From: Candidatus Latescibacterota bacterium
GTDB taxonomy: Bacteria > Latescibacterota > UBA2968 > UBA8231
DNA: 64,000 nucleotides
Direction: 5' to 3'
NCBI GenBank assembly: GCA_965206595.1
Contig: OZ242214.1
Location: 3,232,001-3,296,000, forward strand
Part shown: one piece after another, positions 33,618 through 43,633 of the stretch
How the letters are laid out: each line of letters starts with the position of its first letter
Numbering within the stretch: the first letter of the stretch is position 1
Notes under the pieces: generated by a model
What the model saw: the letters and a program-made list of their open reading frames with translations, nothing else
What the model was told of the DNA's origin: nothing
The model's database searches: none
Program-made: the position numbers and the translations under genes

Positions 33618-35287
33618 TCAAAGATGAAATGGTTGGCTCTTTTCCTTATCGGGCTCAGCACGTCCATTGCTTCGAGTCAGGAGTTCATCTGCGGGTATCA
33701 TCCTCCCGAAGGGTTGGGGGACGGGGCTGTGGGGGCCAGGCAGCATCACGACTTGGCTTTTTTCCGTAATGGTGGCAACAGGACCATTCAGCCGGTGGTT
33801 CTTTTCGGGAAATTCGCGAACAGGACGGCAGATGATCCTTCTTTGACAACGCTTGCGGACCGGGACGGGGTTCGGGATCAGCGCGCCGACAGGTTGCTAA
33901 CTCGTACCCATATCGGCAGCCTTGCCCACTTTATGGATGAGATGTCCTATGGCACTCTGACCTTGGCGCCTCCTCCGGGGGGCATAAATACAACCTGGTT
34001 CGAATCGGACCAGGAAGAGGTTTCCAATTACGTTGGAGATCCCTGTAGTGGCTGGTCCGCAGGAGTGCGGGACTTTGTAGAAGAAGTGATCGGCAACGCC
34101 GACGATGAAATTGACTTCAGCCATGACGCTTTGGACAAAAACGACAATGACATGGTCGACATGGTAATCGCCGTAGTTCCGGCGGCGTTTGGTTCAGAAT
34201 GCGGTCCCAATGGAACGGTCTTTTACGATCTGAATAATGTGACCGAGGATGGGGTCGGCATCGAAACCGTAATCACCACGGATTGGCGGAGAAGCATGCC
34301 TTTTATTTCTGCCGTTTTGGCGCACGAGTATGGCCACATAATGGGCCTGCCCGAGCTCTTTGACCGGGACGATCCGATAGATGCAAACGGAAACAAGACA
34401 ATTGAAGACAGTGAACGAACCAGACAATCTGCCGGTATAGGCAACTGGGGGGTCATGGGAGGTGCCTCGGGCTGGCCGCAAGATGCCCCGCTTGACATGA
34501 CCAGTTCCGGACCAAACCCCTACTCGGTGTGGTCGCGGGCGCATGTAAGATGGGTCACCCCCCGGGTCCTTGATTCCGATGAAGCGGATATCCGGATTTC
34601 GGACATCAACACCTCCTCCACGGGTGCCTACAAGATCCCGATTCCCGGTTCAGACCAGGAATACTTTTTGGTGGAGAATCGGCAGAACACCCATCGTACG
34701 AGGACGGCGACTACCCCGGGCAGTTATTATGACGGCTTGGCCCCGACCCGTGGCTTGGCTATATGGCATATCGACGAGGGCGTAACCAGCTTTAATGCCG
34801 TCAGTAATGAGAAGCACAAGCGCGTCGATTTGGAAAGTGCCGACGGGCTTTTCAGCGACAAGGGGTATGACCCTCGCTCCAGCCATGCGCCTCAAACGCC
34901 TGACACCGAGCTCGGCGGGGACAATCTGGACTTCTCCACCGGAAATGATGACTACGATGGCAGGTACAACGGCAACCGTGGAGATGAATACGATTTATGG
35001 GATGGCAGCTCGAACAGGAGTGCATTCACGCCCCATACCAACCCTTCCTCGGATGGGCATGAGCCCCCCGCCAATCGACATGGCCGTCGAAAAGACAATC
35101 AGAATGCCTTTACGGGAGTTTACATAGAAAACATCAGTACGGTTACGGGGCAAGCAGGGGTGATGGAGTTTGATGTGCGCTTTGCACCGCTGGCTCCCAA
35201 TTCCCTGGATGCGGCGATCGGCGAGGGTCGCGTAGAGCTCACCTGGGAAGCGCCTGATAACAACCATGCCACGATTGCCTCGTATAA

Positions 35288-36667
35288 CTGGACTTTTGCA
35301 AACTCCGCTTTTTTACTAAAGTTTGAGATGTGCGACAATTCGCTGCTCTGTCCACCCTATTGAGGCTTGGTCCACTACCCAGGAGATGGTTTTGCTGAGC
35401 GTCTCTCGCGACACGGCTCGACAGGCTTCGCCAATGGTCGTCAGCACGGTATGAGCCCAGTCACGCGCACGGCCCTGCCGCATCCGTGCCATGAGCAGAC
35501 TGTGCGTCAGCATCACGAGGTACATATGCCGGGTCTGGCCCTCGCCGCTGCGTAACTGACAGTCTCCCATGCCCAGATGGTGCTTGCCGTCCCGATGAAA
35601 AGTCTCGGTGCCCGTCCAGCGTTTGCGATAAACATTCAGAATACGACTGATCTCCCAGTGCACGCGATTGGTCAGTAGAAACTTGACCGCTTCCCTGCCG
35701 TTCTTGCGATCCCACAGGATCACCAGGCGAACCCGGTGCTCGAGCTTGGGCAGACTCAGGGTTTTGGTGAAATACCATTGTTTGCGCTTGCCGATGCTGA
35801 CCTGTTTGCGATCCTCGGGCGGGATATTCGCAGCCACTTCCGCGGCCTTCATCAGGCCGCCCTTGAACTCGACCTTGCGGTTGCTCTTCAGGGCTCCTAC
35901 GTAGCCGCGCTCATGACTATGGAGGTGATCGAGACACTCGACACTGCTGAAGTAGCAGTCGAAGGCGAAATCGCCCGGGATCTGTCGGAACACGACCCAG
36001 TCCACCAGCTCTTTGAACAGCTCGGTATGGCTCTTGAAGGAGGGGTCCGTCTCCCCTTCCCGGCCCTTGCGAAAGCGACGGAATTCCAACGGATAGTATT
36101 TCCCCGAGGTGCACACGTAGTTGGCGATGACGTAGTCGTGCGCAATCATATGGCGCTTGTCCGAGTGATCCCAAAACCACCCCACATCCTCGATCTTTTC
36201 TCCGCTGTGGCCGACCAAGGTGTTGTCGATGGCGATCACCCCGCGCCCTGAATAGCGCGTCGAAGGGTGCTCCTGCAACCATTCCAGGCGATGTTCGTTG
36301 AGCCATTTTCCGTCCCACCGCACCTGCGTAATCCAGCGGTTCAGGCAGGACTGATCGGTGGTCTCGACGAACTCGGCGTTGATCGCCGATACATTTTTGC
36401 GTTCGGCCACCATCAACCCGGTTAGATACTCGCCAAAGTGACGGCGCTCCGGGGCGTTGGCGAAGAGGCCGCCGAACTCGGCCACCGCTTCTTCAACCAC
36501 CGTGGGAAAATCAACAATACCTGGCATGAACAACCTCTCTCATGGCCAGGGGAAACCGAGGCCGGGGATGCCTTCGTCCTACCAAACATACCAAGTTCCA
36601 TCGAATTCGTGCTACCCTCTAATCCTTGACCGATTATCCAGGAATTCTGCCTTTTGCAAAAGTCCAG
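35288..36667 (-). mobile_element. IS701/ISH3-like element copy 2
   Basis: Inverted repeats CTGGACTTTTGCAAA; 6-bp duplication GTATAA at 35282-35287 and 36668-36673. Confidence 0.92.
35316..36533 (-). CDS. IS701-like DDE transposase (intact, 405 aa)
   Basis: VIAIDNTLV, FAFDCYF, YRKRWTGTETFHRDGKHHLGMGDCQLR. Confidence 0.88.
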   Translation of the reverse strand: MFMPGIVDFPTVVEEAVAEFGGLFANAPERRHFGEYLTGLMVAERKNVSAINAEFVETTDQSCLNRWITQVRWDGKWLNEHRLEWLQEHPSTRYSGRGVIAIDNTLVGHSGEKIEDVGWFWDHSDKRHMIAHDYVIANYVCTSGKYYPLEFRRFRKGREGETDPSFKSHTELFKELVDWVVFRQIPGDFAFDCYFSSVECLDHLHSHERGYVGALKSNRKVEFKGGLMKAAEVAANIPPEDRKQVSIGKRKQWYFTKTLSLPKLEHRVRLVILWDRKNGREAVKFLLTNRVHWEISRILNVYRKRWTGTETFHRDGKHHLGMGDCQLRSGEGQTRHMYLVMLTHSLLMARMRQGRARDWAHTVLTTIGEACRAVSRETLSKTISWVVDQASIGWTEQRIVAHLKL

Positions 36668-39600
36668 GTATAAAGTGCGTTATCGTCTGAGTTCGGCCTC
36701 GACCTGGACCGACGAACCCTTGAAGGCCTCCTCGGCGAGAACCCATACCGTGACCGGGCTGAGCAACGACAGTGAATACACCTTTGAGGTATTGGCCGTC
36801 GGCTCTGCCCTGGGAACCCAAGCGGGTAAAGAAGGAGAGCCCGCCAGTATTACGGCAACGCCCATGTCGGGTCTTGCCGGGCCTGCGGCCGTCGAGTTCC
36901 CCGAGGTTTTTGATAATGCTTCGGACTGGGAAAGTTTCGTTGGGAGATATGAAAAAAGCGGCTCGTATGATTGGACGCTGGCAGGGCTCGATTCCTCCCA
37001 GTTTGAGCTCACCGGGACTTCGGGCGGGTTTCGCCAGCTGCATTTTCTGAATCCACCCGATCATGAGTCTCCGACCGACGCACCGGAAGGCGACGATACC
37101 GAGGGGGACAATGTCTACAAAGTAACGGTGCAGGCCAGGCCCTCGGGTCCTTCCGGGGCCGCCAGTGGTTCTCGCTTCATGCTGCCCGTCACCGTGGAAG
37201 TGACCGACGAGGATGATCCTGGCAAGGTGACGGTTGCCCCGACCATAGCTCGCGGCGAGGGTCCCCCGCGAGTGGGCGAAGAATGGACTGCGACGGTGAC
37301 CGATGACGATGGAAGCACCGTTTCCAGCTGGGCATGGTCACATTTTTCCGAGTTTATAGATGATCTACCGGAATCGATTTCCGGTGCCACCGAATCCACG
37401 TACACGCCGGAGGTTGAGGATATAGGCCAGCGGCTTATAGCAAGTGCCTCGTATACCGACGGCTTTGACCCAAACAACATCAAACCCGCCAAAGAATCTC
37501 CGCCCACCGGGGCGGTGGTGGCGAATGTGCCGTCGGCGCCGGGCAACCTGCAGGTGACCCCCGGCCACGGTGAGGTGACCCTGGATTGGGTCACGGCGGC
37601 CGACAACGGTTCGGCGCTGACGCGGTATGACTACCGGCAGAGCACGGACGGGGGGACCACCTGGGACCCGGACTGGAAGGAGATTCCCCTGCCCGACAAC
37701 ACGGCGGCGGCCGACCTCGAGGAGCATACGGTCGAAAGGCTTACCGACGGCCAGGAATACACCTTCGAGGTGCGTGCGGTCAACGCGATAGGGGATGGGG
37801 CCGCCTCGCAGGTATCCCTGCCGGCGGCGCCGGGGAATTTCGGTGCGCGATGGGTTCTCGAGGGGGCCGATGCTTTCGGGCACCACGAGGCGAAGCTGAG
37901 TTGGACCGACCCGAGTGACCCCAACATCAGCTGGGAATACCGGAAGAAGGAGGGCACCTCGGATTGGGAAACTGCCTGGACGACGGTGTCGGACGAGGAT
38001 CCGACGGGCGTCTCGGTTGTGCAGACGGTGGACGGCCTCGACATCACGCAGCCGTACCGGTTCCAGGTGCGGGTCCGTCAACCTGCGGGTTGGCCGGCGG
38101 AGGCGGGGCTGTCCCCGTTGCCGGTTTTTACGCAGCCGCTGTCGGTGAAGGCCCGAAGCGGGGCCGGCAAGGCGCAATTCGACCTGGTGTTTTCTCCCCC
38201 GGTGGACGGTCCGGACCTTCCGGATGATGCGCAGCAGGTTTCGTCGGCCAACCTCCGGTATCAGCTGGTGACGATCAGCGCGACGGGGGTCACGACGACC
38301 AGCGATTTCGTAGACCTGGCCCATTTTTCTCTGCTTCTGCCTGCCGGGGCGAGCCTGGTATCGACTTTTTCGGCAACCGACCTTGCGCCGGTGGAGGGGT
38401 TGGCCGGGGGCGCGTCGGAGACTCAAGCCGCCGCTTTCCGGCAGGCGGCGACGCTGCGAATCACGGGCCTGGACCCGGGCGTGACCTACCAAATCAAGAT
38501 GCGTCTGGTCGCTTCGGACGGGGCGACGATTTCGGAGTCGACTTCGGGTTTGGTTCTGGGTCTTCGCTGGCAGCGACCGACCGCCGGGTCGGTGGAGTTG
38601 ACCTGGACGGATCCGGACGATCCGGTTATCAGGGGCTGGCAGTATCGTCAGCAGGCGGGCAGCGGGTCTTGGGGTCTTTGGCAGAGCGTGCCCAACAGCA
38701 CGGCGTCGACGACGAGTCATACGGTGTCCAGCCTGGACGCGGAGGAGACCTACCGGTTTCAGGTAGGCGCGATCGGTCCGGGGGGTCTGGTTGCCGAATC
38801 GTTCACGGTGTCGGCGGCTCCGAAGCCTTTGGTGGCGCCGGGCACCCTGCGGGCGGACCCCGGCCACGCGTCGATGACGTTGCGTTGGGACGACGCGAAC
38901 AATGCCCGCATCACCGGGTGGCAGTATCGGCAGCGGCAGGCCGGAGAGGATTGGGGAGCGTGGCAGCCGGTCCCGAACAGCACGGCGTCGACGACCTCGT
39001 ATACGGTGACGGGCCTGACCAACGGGGTGAGCTACCGGTTCCGGGTGCGGGCCTTGGCCGGGTCCCGGGAGGGTCCCTTCGGGAAGTCGGTGGGAGGTCC
39101 GCCCAACGGCTTGCGTGCCCAGGCGTTGAACGGCGCGGTGGAGCTGGTCTGGGCGGACCCGTCCGATTCCCGAATCGCGGGGTGGCAGTATCGGGTGCGC
39201 GAGCGTCAGGACAGCTGGGGCAGCTGGAGTGGGTGGCAGCCGATCCCGGGCAGCACGGCGTCGACGACCTCGTATACGGTGCCGGACCTGACCAACGGGG
39301 TGAGCTACCGGTTCCGGGTTCGGGGGGTGGCCTCGAATGGCCGGGTGGTGCTGGCCTGGCCGATGGTGGAGACGAGTCCGGATGCGTCGCTCGGGGTCCC
39401 GCCGGCGGTTCCGGGGACCAACGGTCCGCCGGAGATCACGAGCGGTCCTTCGGCGGTATCGTTTGCCGAGAACGGCGCCGGCGTGGTGGCCACGTATGCG
39501 GGCACCGATCCGGACAACGATGCGCTCATCTGGACGCTGGGCGGCGCCGATGCGGACACGATGCGGCTGGATGCGTCGGGTCGGCTTTTTTTCCGGGCGC

Positions 39601-39737
39601 CGCCGCCGGATTTCGAGTCTCCGGGGGACGCGAACGGCGACAAGATCTACGAGATGACGGTGTCGCTCAGCGACGGCCGCCCGGACGCGGCGGCCGACAC
39701 CACGGTGTCGGTGCGGGTGCGTGTGACCGACGTCAAC

Positions 39738-40973
39738 GAGGCGCCGGTGGTGTCGGGAGTCAGCGACACCACGTTTGCCGAGAAGGGCTCGGGGGTGGTG
39801 GTCACGTATGCGGCCACCGATCCGGAAGGCACTCCCATCACGTGGACGCTGGGCGGCGCCGATGCGGACACGATGCGGCTGGATGCGTCGGGTCGGCTGC
39901 GTTTCCGGGCGCCGCCGCCGGATTTCGAGGATCCGGGGGACGCGAACGTCGACACCGTCTATGAGGTGACGGTGACGGCCGGCGACGGGTCGCTGTCGTC
40001 GCCCCCGTTTCCGGTCAGGGTGCGTCTGACCAACATCGACGAGCCGGGCAGGGTGATCCTGCCTGCGAGTCCTCAGGAGGGTCTGGCGTTTACGGCGGCC
40101 CTGACCGACCCGGACGGGGACGTGAGTGCGGAGCACGAGGAGGGGAATCCCGACGACGGGAACCGCGACGGGTGGGTGTTCGAGCGTCGGCGGCCGGCCG
40201 CGGGCGAGTCGTGGCAGCTCATCGCGGCCCCGGGTGGGGCTTCGGGGGCGGTGTCGACCTTGCCGGAGCTGAAGAGCTACACGCCGACGGCGGCCGATGT
40301 CGGTCACCTGCTGCGGGCGCGGGTGAGCTACCGGGACGGTCACGGTCCGAACAAGAACGCGCAGAGCGAGCCCACCGGGCCGGTGACGGCCCGGCCGCCG
40401 CCGCCGCCCGAGGCGCCGGTGGTGTCGGGAGTCAGCGACACCACGTTTGCCGAGAAGGGCGCCGGCGTGGTGGCGACCTATACGGCCACCGCCCCGGAAG
40501 GCACTCCCATCACGTGGTTGCTGGGCGGCGCCGATGCGGACACGATGCGGCTGGATGCGTCGGGTCGGCTGCGTTTCCGGGCGCCGCCGGATTACGAGTC
40601 ACCGGGGGACGCGAACGTCGACACCGTCTATGAGGTGACGGTGACGGCCGGCGACGGGTCGCTGTCGTCGCCCCCGTTTCCGGTCAGGGTGCGTCTGACC
40701 AACGTCGACGAGCCGGGCAGGGTGATCCTGCCTGCGAGTCCTCAGGAGGGTCTGGCGTTTACGGCGACCCTGACCGACCCGGACGGGGATGTGAGTGCGC
40801 GGCACGAGGAGGGGAACCCCGACGACGGGGACGGCGACGGGTGGGTGTTCGAGCGTCGGCGGCCGGCCGCGGGCGAGTCGTGGCAGCTCATCGCGGCCCC
40901 GGGTGGGGCTTCGGGGGCGGTGTCCCTTTTGCCGGAACTGAAGAGCTACACGCCCACGGCGGCGGATGTCGGT
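39738..40973 (+). repeat. In-frame tandem duplication, period 672 bp (cadherin-like + linker module)
   Basis: GAGGCGCCGGTGGTGTCGGGAGTCAGCGAC at 39738 and 40410; second unit incomplete. Confidence 0.9.
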
Positions 40974-41480
40974 CGGTCCGAACCCCGCACTTCCCGATAT
41001 ACTCGGAGGTGCGACATCTGCTGCGCGTGTGGCCTGGGTGCCAGCGAAAGCACGTGACCGGTGGAGCTCCAAGCCGTGCTGAATCAATGAAAGAACCGGA
41101 TAGAGGGGGGAAATGGCATGGCAAATCCTGAACGAGTCGAGCAACGCCCGACGGGGCCGCTTCCAAGGATTTCTCGCTGAGCACGGTACTCGGGGGGATC
41201 GTCACCGCCGTCTCCCTGGCCGAGGTCAACGAGTACGTTCCCACGGTAACCCTGCGCACCCTGGCACGAGACCTGGAGTACCTGGCCCTCGCCATCGGCG
41301 GCCTCGCTTTGGCGGTGATTCCGATCTGTTTGCTGATCTGTGTGGTGCGGCTCTGGCGTGCTGAAAGGAAAAGATGAACGACGAGGCTACGCGCTCGCTT
41401 TCTTCGCCCTGTCGAGGGTTATTGGAGGAACGAGCGCGAAGAGGTGCGCTTTCCATGCCGTCCCCCAGGAGGATAATGCC

Positions 41481-42623
41481 ATGAGACGACTGTTTTTGGT
41501 TGTGCTCGCATTGCCGTGGCTGCTTTCGTGCTCGGACGAAAGCAAGGTGGTCAACAACCCTGACAATCAGGGCGCCAAGCGCGACAGCAGCAGCCTGACC
41601 TGGAGCGATCCGGTGGCAGCGATCGACAACCACGCCGAACGCCGGGAACGAGCTGCCCCATTGGCGGCGCTGTACAAGGCGACCGAGGGGAAGAATTGGA
41701 AGAAAAAAACCAACTGGCTGAACTACGACGTGCCGCTGGGTGAATGGTACGGCGTCGAGACGGACCGCGACGGCCGCGTCATCGGGCTGGATCTCAGCTA
41801 CAACAATTTGGAGGGTTCCCTCCCGCCCGAACTGGGCCAGCTGACCAATCTGCGATCGCTGGATCTCAGCAGCGGTAGGCATTTGTTCGGTTCCATCCCG
41901 CCCGAACTGGGCCAGTTGACCAACCTGGAAAGGCTGGATCTCCACAACAATGGGTTGGGTTGGGCGGGGACTCTGAGGGCGGCCGCCATCCCGCGCGAAC
42001 TGGGCCAACTGGCCAACTTGAAAGTGCTGGATCTCAGTTGGAACGAGTTGGGCCATTCCCTCCCGCCCGAACTGGGACAAATGACCAACCTGGAAGGGCT
42101 GGTTCTCCGCGCCAACGAATTGAGCGGTTCCATCCCGGCCGAACTGGGTCAGCTGACCCACCTGAAAGGGCTGTTTCTTTACGCCAACGACTTGGGTGGC
42201 TCAATCCCGCCCGAACTGGGCCAGCTGACCAATCTGCGATCCCTGTACCTCGACGCCAACGACTTGAGCGGTCCCATCCCGCCCGAACTGGGCCAGCTGA
42301 CCAATCTGCGATCCCTGTACCTCGACGGGAACGGCTTGAGCGGTTCGATCCCGCCCGAACTGGGCCGGTTGACCAACCTGCTAGGGCTGTATCTCAACGA
42401 CAACCAGTTGAGCGGTCCCATCCCGTCCGAACTAAACCAGTTGACCAACCTGATCGAGCTGAACCTCCGCCGCAACAACGAGTTGAGCGGTTGTGTCCCC
42501 GCCTCGCTGAGTGGGATCGAATACAAAGGGGATTTGCCGTTTTGTAGTGACGAAACTACGGCAGGAACCGCGACCGAGGCCCGTTCCGAATCAGGGAAAA
42601 ACGGGACAATCGCGATATTCTGA
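41481..42623 (+). CDS. Leucine-rich-repeat lipoprotein (24-aa plant-type LRR)
   Basis: GGAGG RBS; LLSC lipobox-like site; ALYKATEGKNW cap; about 9 L.L..N.LSG.IP.ELGQL repeats. Confidence 0.88.
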   Translation: MRRLFLVVLALPWLLSCSDESKVVNNPDNQGAKRDSSSLTWSDPVAAIDNHAERRERAAPLAALYKATEGKNWKKKTNWLNYDVPLGEWYGVETDRDGRVIGLDLSYNNLEGSLPPELGQLTNLRSLDLSSGRHLFGSIPPELGQLTNLERLDLHNNGLGWAGTLRAAAIPRELGQLANLKVLDLSWNELGHSLPPELGQMTNLEGLVLRANELSGSIPAELGQLTHLKGLFLYANDLGGSIPPELGQLTNLRSLYLDANDLSGPIPPELGQLTNLRSLYLDGNGLSGSIPPELGRLTNLLGLYLNDNQLSGPIPSELNQLTNLIELNLRRNNELSGCVPASLSGIEYKGDLPFCSDETTAGTATEARSESGKNGTIAIF

Positions 42624-42643
42624 CACGAAACGAAAGGGATACC

Positions 42644-43495
42644 ATGCGACGATTACGACGACTTTTTCTGGCCAGCCTGACGCTGCTGCTGTGGATGCCG
42701 CTTGAGGCGGTCGCCCAAAACGATACGGGAACCCTGGAGGTGCTGGTGGAGGGGGAGGTTTCAGGGGCTTCAGGGGCCAGTAGCACCACCCCGTCTTCCA
42801 CCTTCGAGACGCGCACGGTTTCGAATCTCGTAAGGGTCGACATAGGACTTGGGCAATCGGTCACGGACTCCGGTCAACGGATTGGAACCGGTTCCGGGAC
42901 CGTCATCACGCCGACCGTCACGGAATCGGATCTGGTCACCGAACCCAGTGTGTATCCCCAAAATTTCCGCCACGTCACCAAGGACGCCCAAGGACGGATT
43001 TGGGCGACGGCCAAGGAGCCACATGGGCTCTATGTATTCTCCGACAGCACGTGGATACGCGTCCTTCCTCCGTATCTGGGTGCCCGGGACCTCGGCCGGG
43101 ACGCGCAGGGCAGAATCTGGGTGATAGCAAGTTCCGACATCGTGTACCGCATATCGGGTGATACGCTGACAGAGTACAGCGGCTTACAAAATCTCGGAGT
43201 CGGGTCTCTGAACTGTTTTGCCGGGGGGGCAGGAGACACCGTGTGGATGGGGGGGTACAGTGTAGTCGGAGGGGAGTTGAATCCGGCCCTGTTCTTGCGT
43301 TTCGACGGGCGAGAGTGGCGGCGGTTCTCAGGTACCGACGGGTTGCCCGACTACGCAACGATCGATGCGATGGCGGTAGACAGCACCGGCGCGGTGTGGG
43401 GCAAACCCGTCTATGATGAACCTGACTACCTCGGTGAGAGGAGTAGGTTTTTCAGGGCCGTGCAAATTAGGGATCGGAAGGTATCCTCTTCCTGA
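42644..43495 (+). CDS. Secreted Reg_prop-type beta-propeller protein, probably 3'-truncated
   Basis: Signal peptide; DAQGRIW twice, DTVWMG, DSTGAVW; too few blades and an unrelated-looking tail. Confidence 0.6.
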   Translation: MRRLRRLFLASLTLLLWMPLEAVAQNDTGTLEVLVEGEVSGASGASSTTPSSTFETRTVSNLVRVDIGLGQSVTDSGQRIGTGSGTVITPTVTESDLVTEPSVYPQNFRHVTKDAQGRIWATAKEPHGLYVFSDSTWIRVLPPYLGARDLGRDAQGRIWVIASSDIVYRISGDTLTEYSGLQNLGVGSLNCFAGGAGDTVWMGGYSVVGGELNPALFLRFDGREWRRFSGTDGLPDYATIDAMAVDSTGAVWGKPVYDEPDYLGERSRFFRAVQIRDRKVSSS

Positions 43496-43633
43496 GTGTC
43501 ATGTACCCGATCCCGTAGAGGAGTCCATCTTTTTGGCCAGGGGGATCTCGCCATCGTGTCGATCCCGGGCTCCCGCGGCCCCTTGGGACAGGTCCTCGCC
43601 TGTGGAAATAAACCGACTTCAAGGAGTGGGATC

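Larger units (their letters stand above)
33624..41057 (+). pseudogene. Head-stalk gene copy 5: M6 metalloprotease + longest FN3/cadherin stalk, split by IS701-like copy 2
   Basis: FICG, HEYGHIMGLPELFD, IGNWGVMG, EYFLVENRQ, LAIWHIDE; removing the IS restores ATIASY-KVRYRLS; repeat homology ends abruptly near 40973. Confidence 0.87.

Noticed and set aside
37365-40343. 992-aa minus-strand ORF (and similar at 24849-26549, 29768-31354, 14305-15528)
   Set aside because: Arg/Pro-rich antisense shadows of the GC-rich stalk genes.
41113-41380. Short hydrophobic ORF fragments after copy 5
   Set aside because: Frame-broken with no family evidence.
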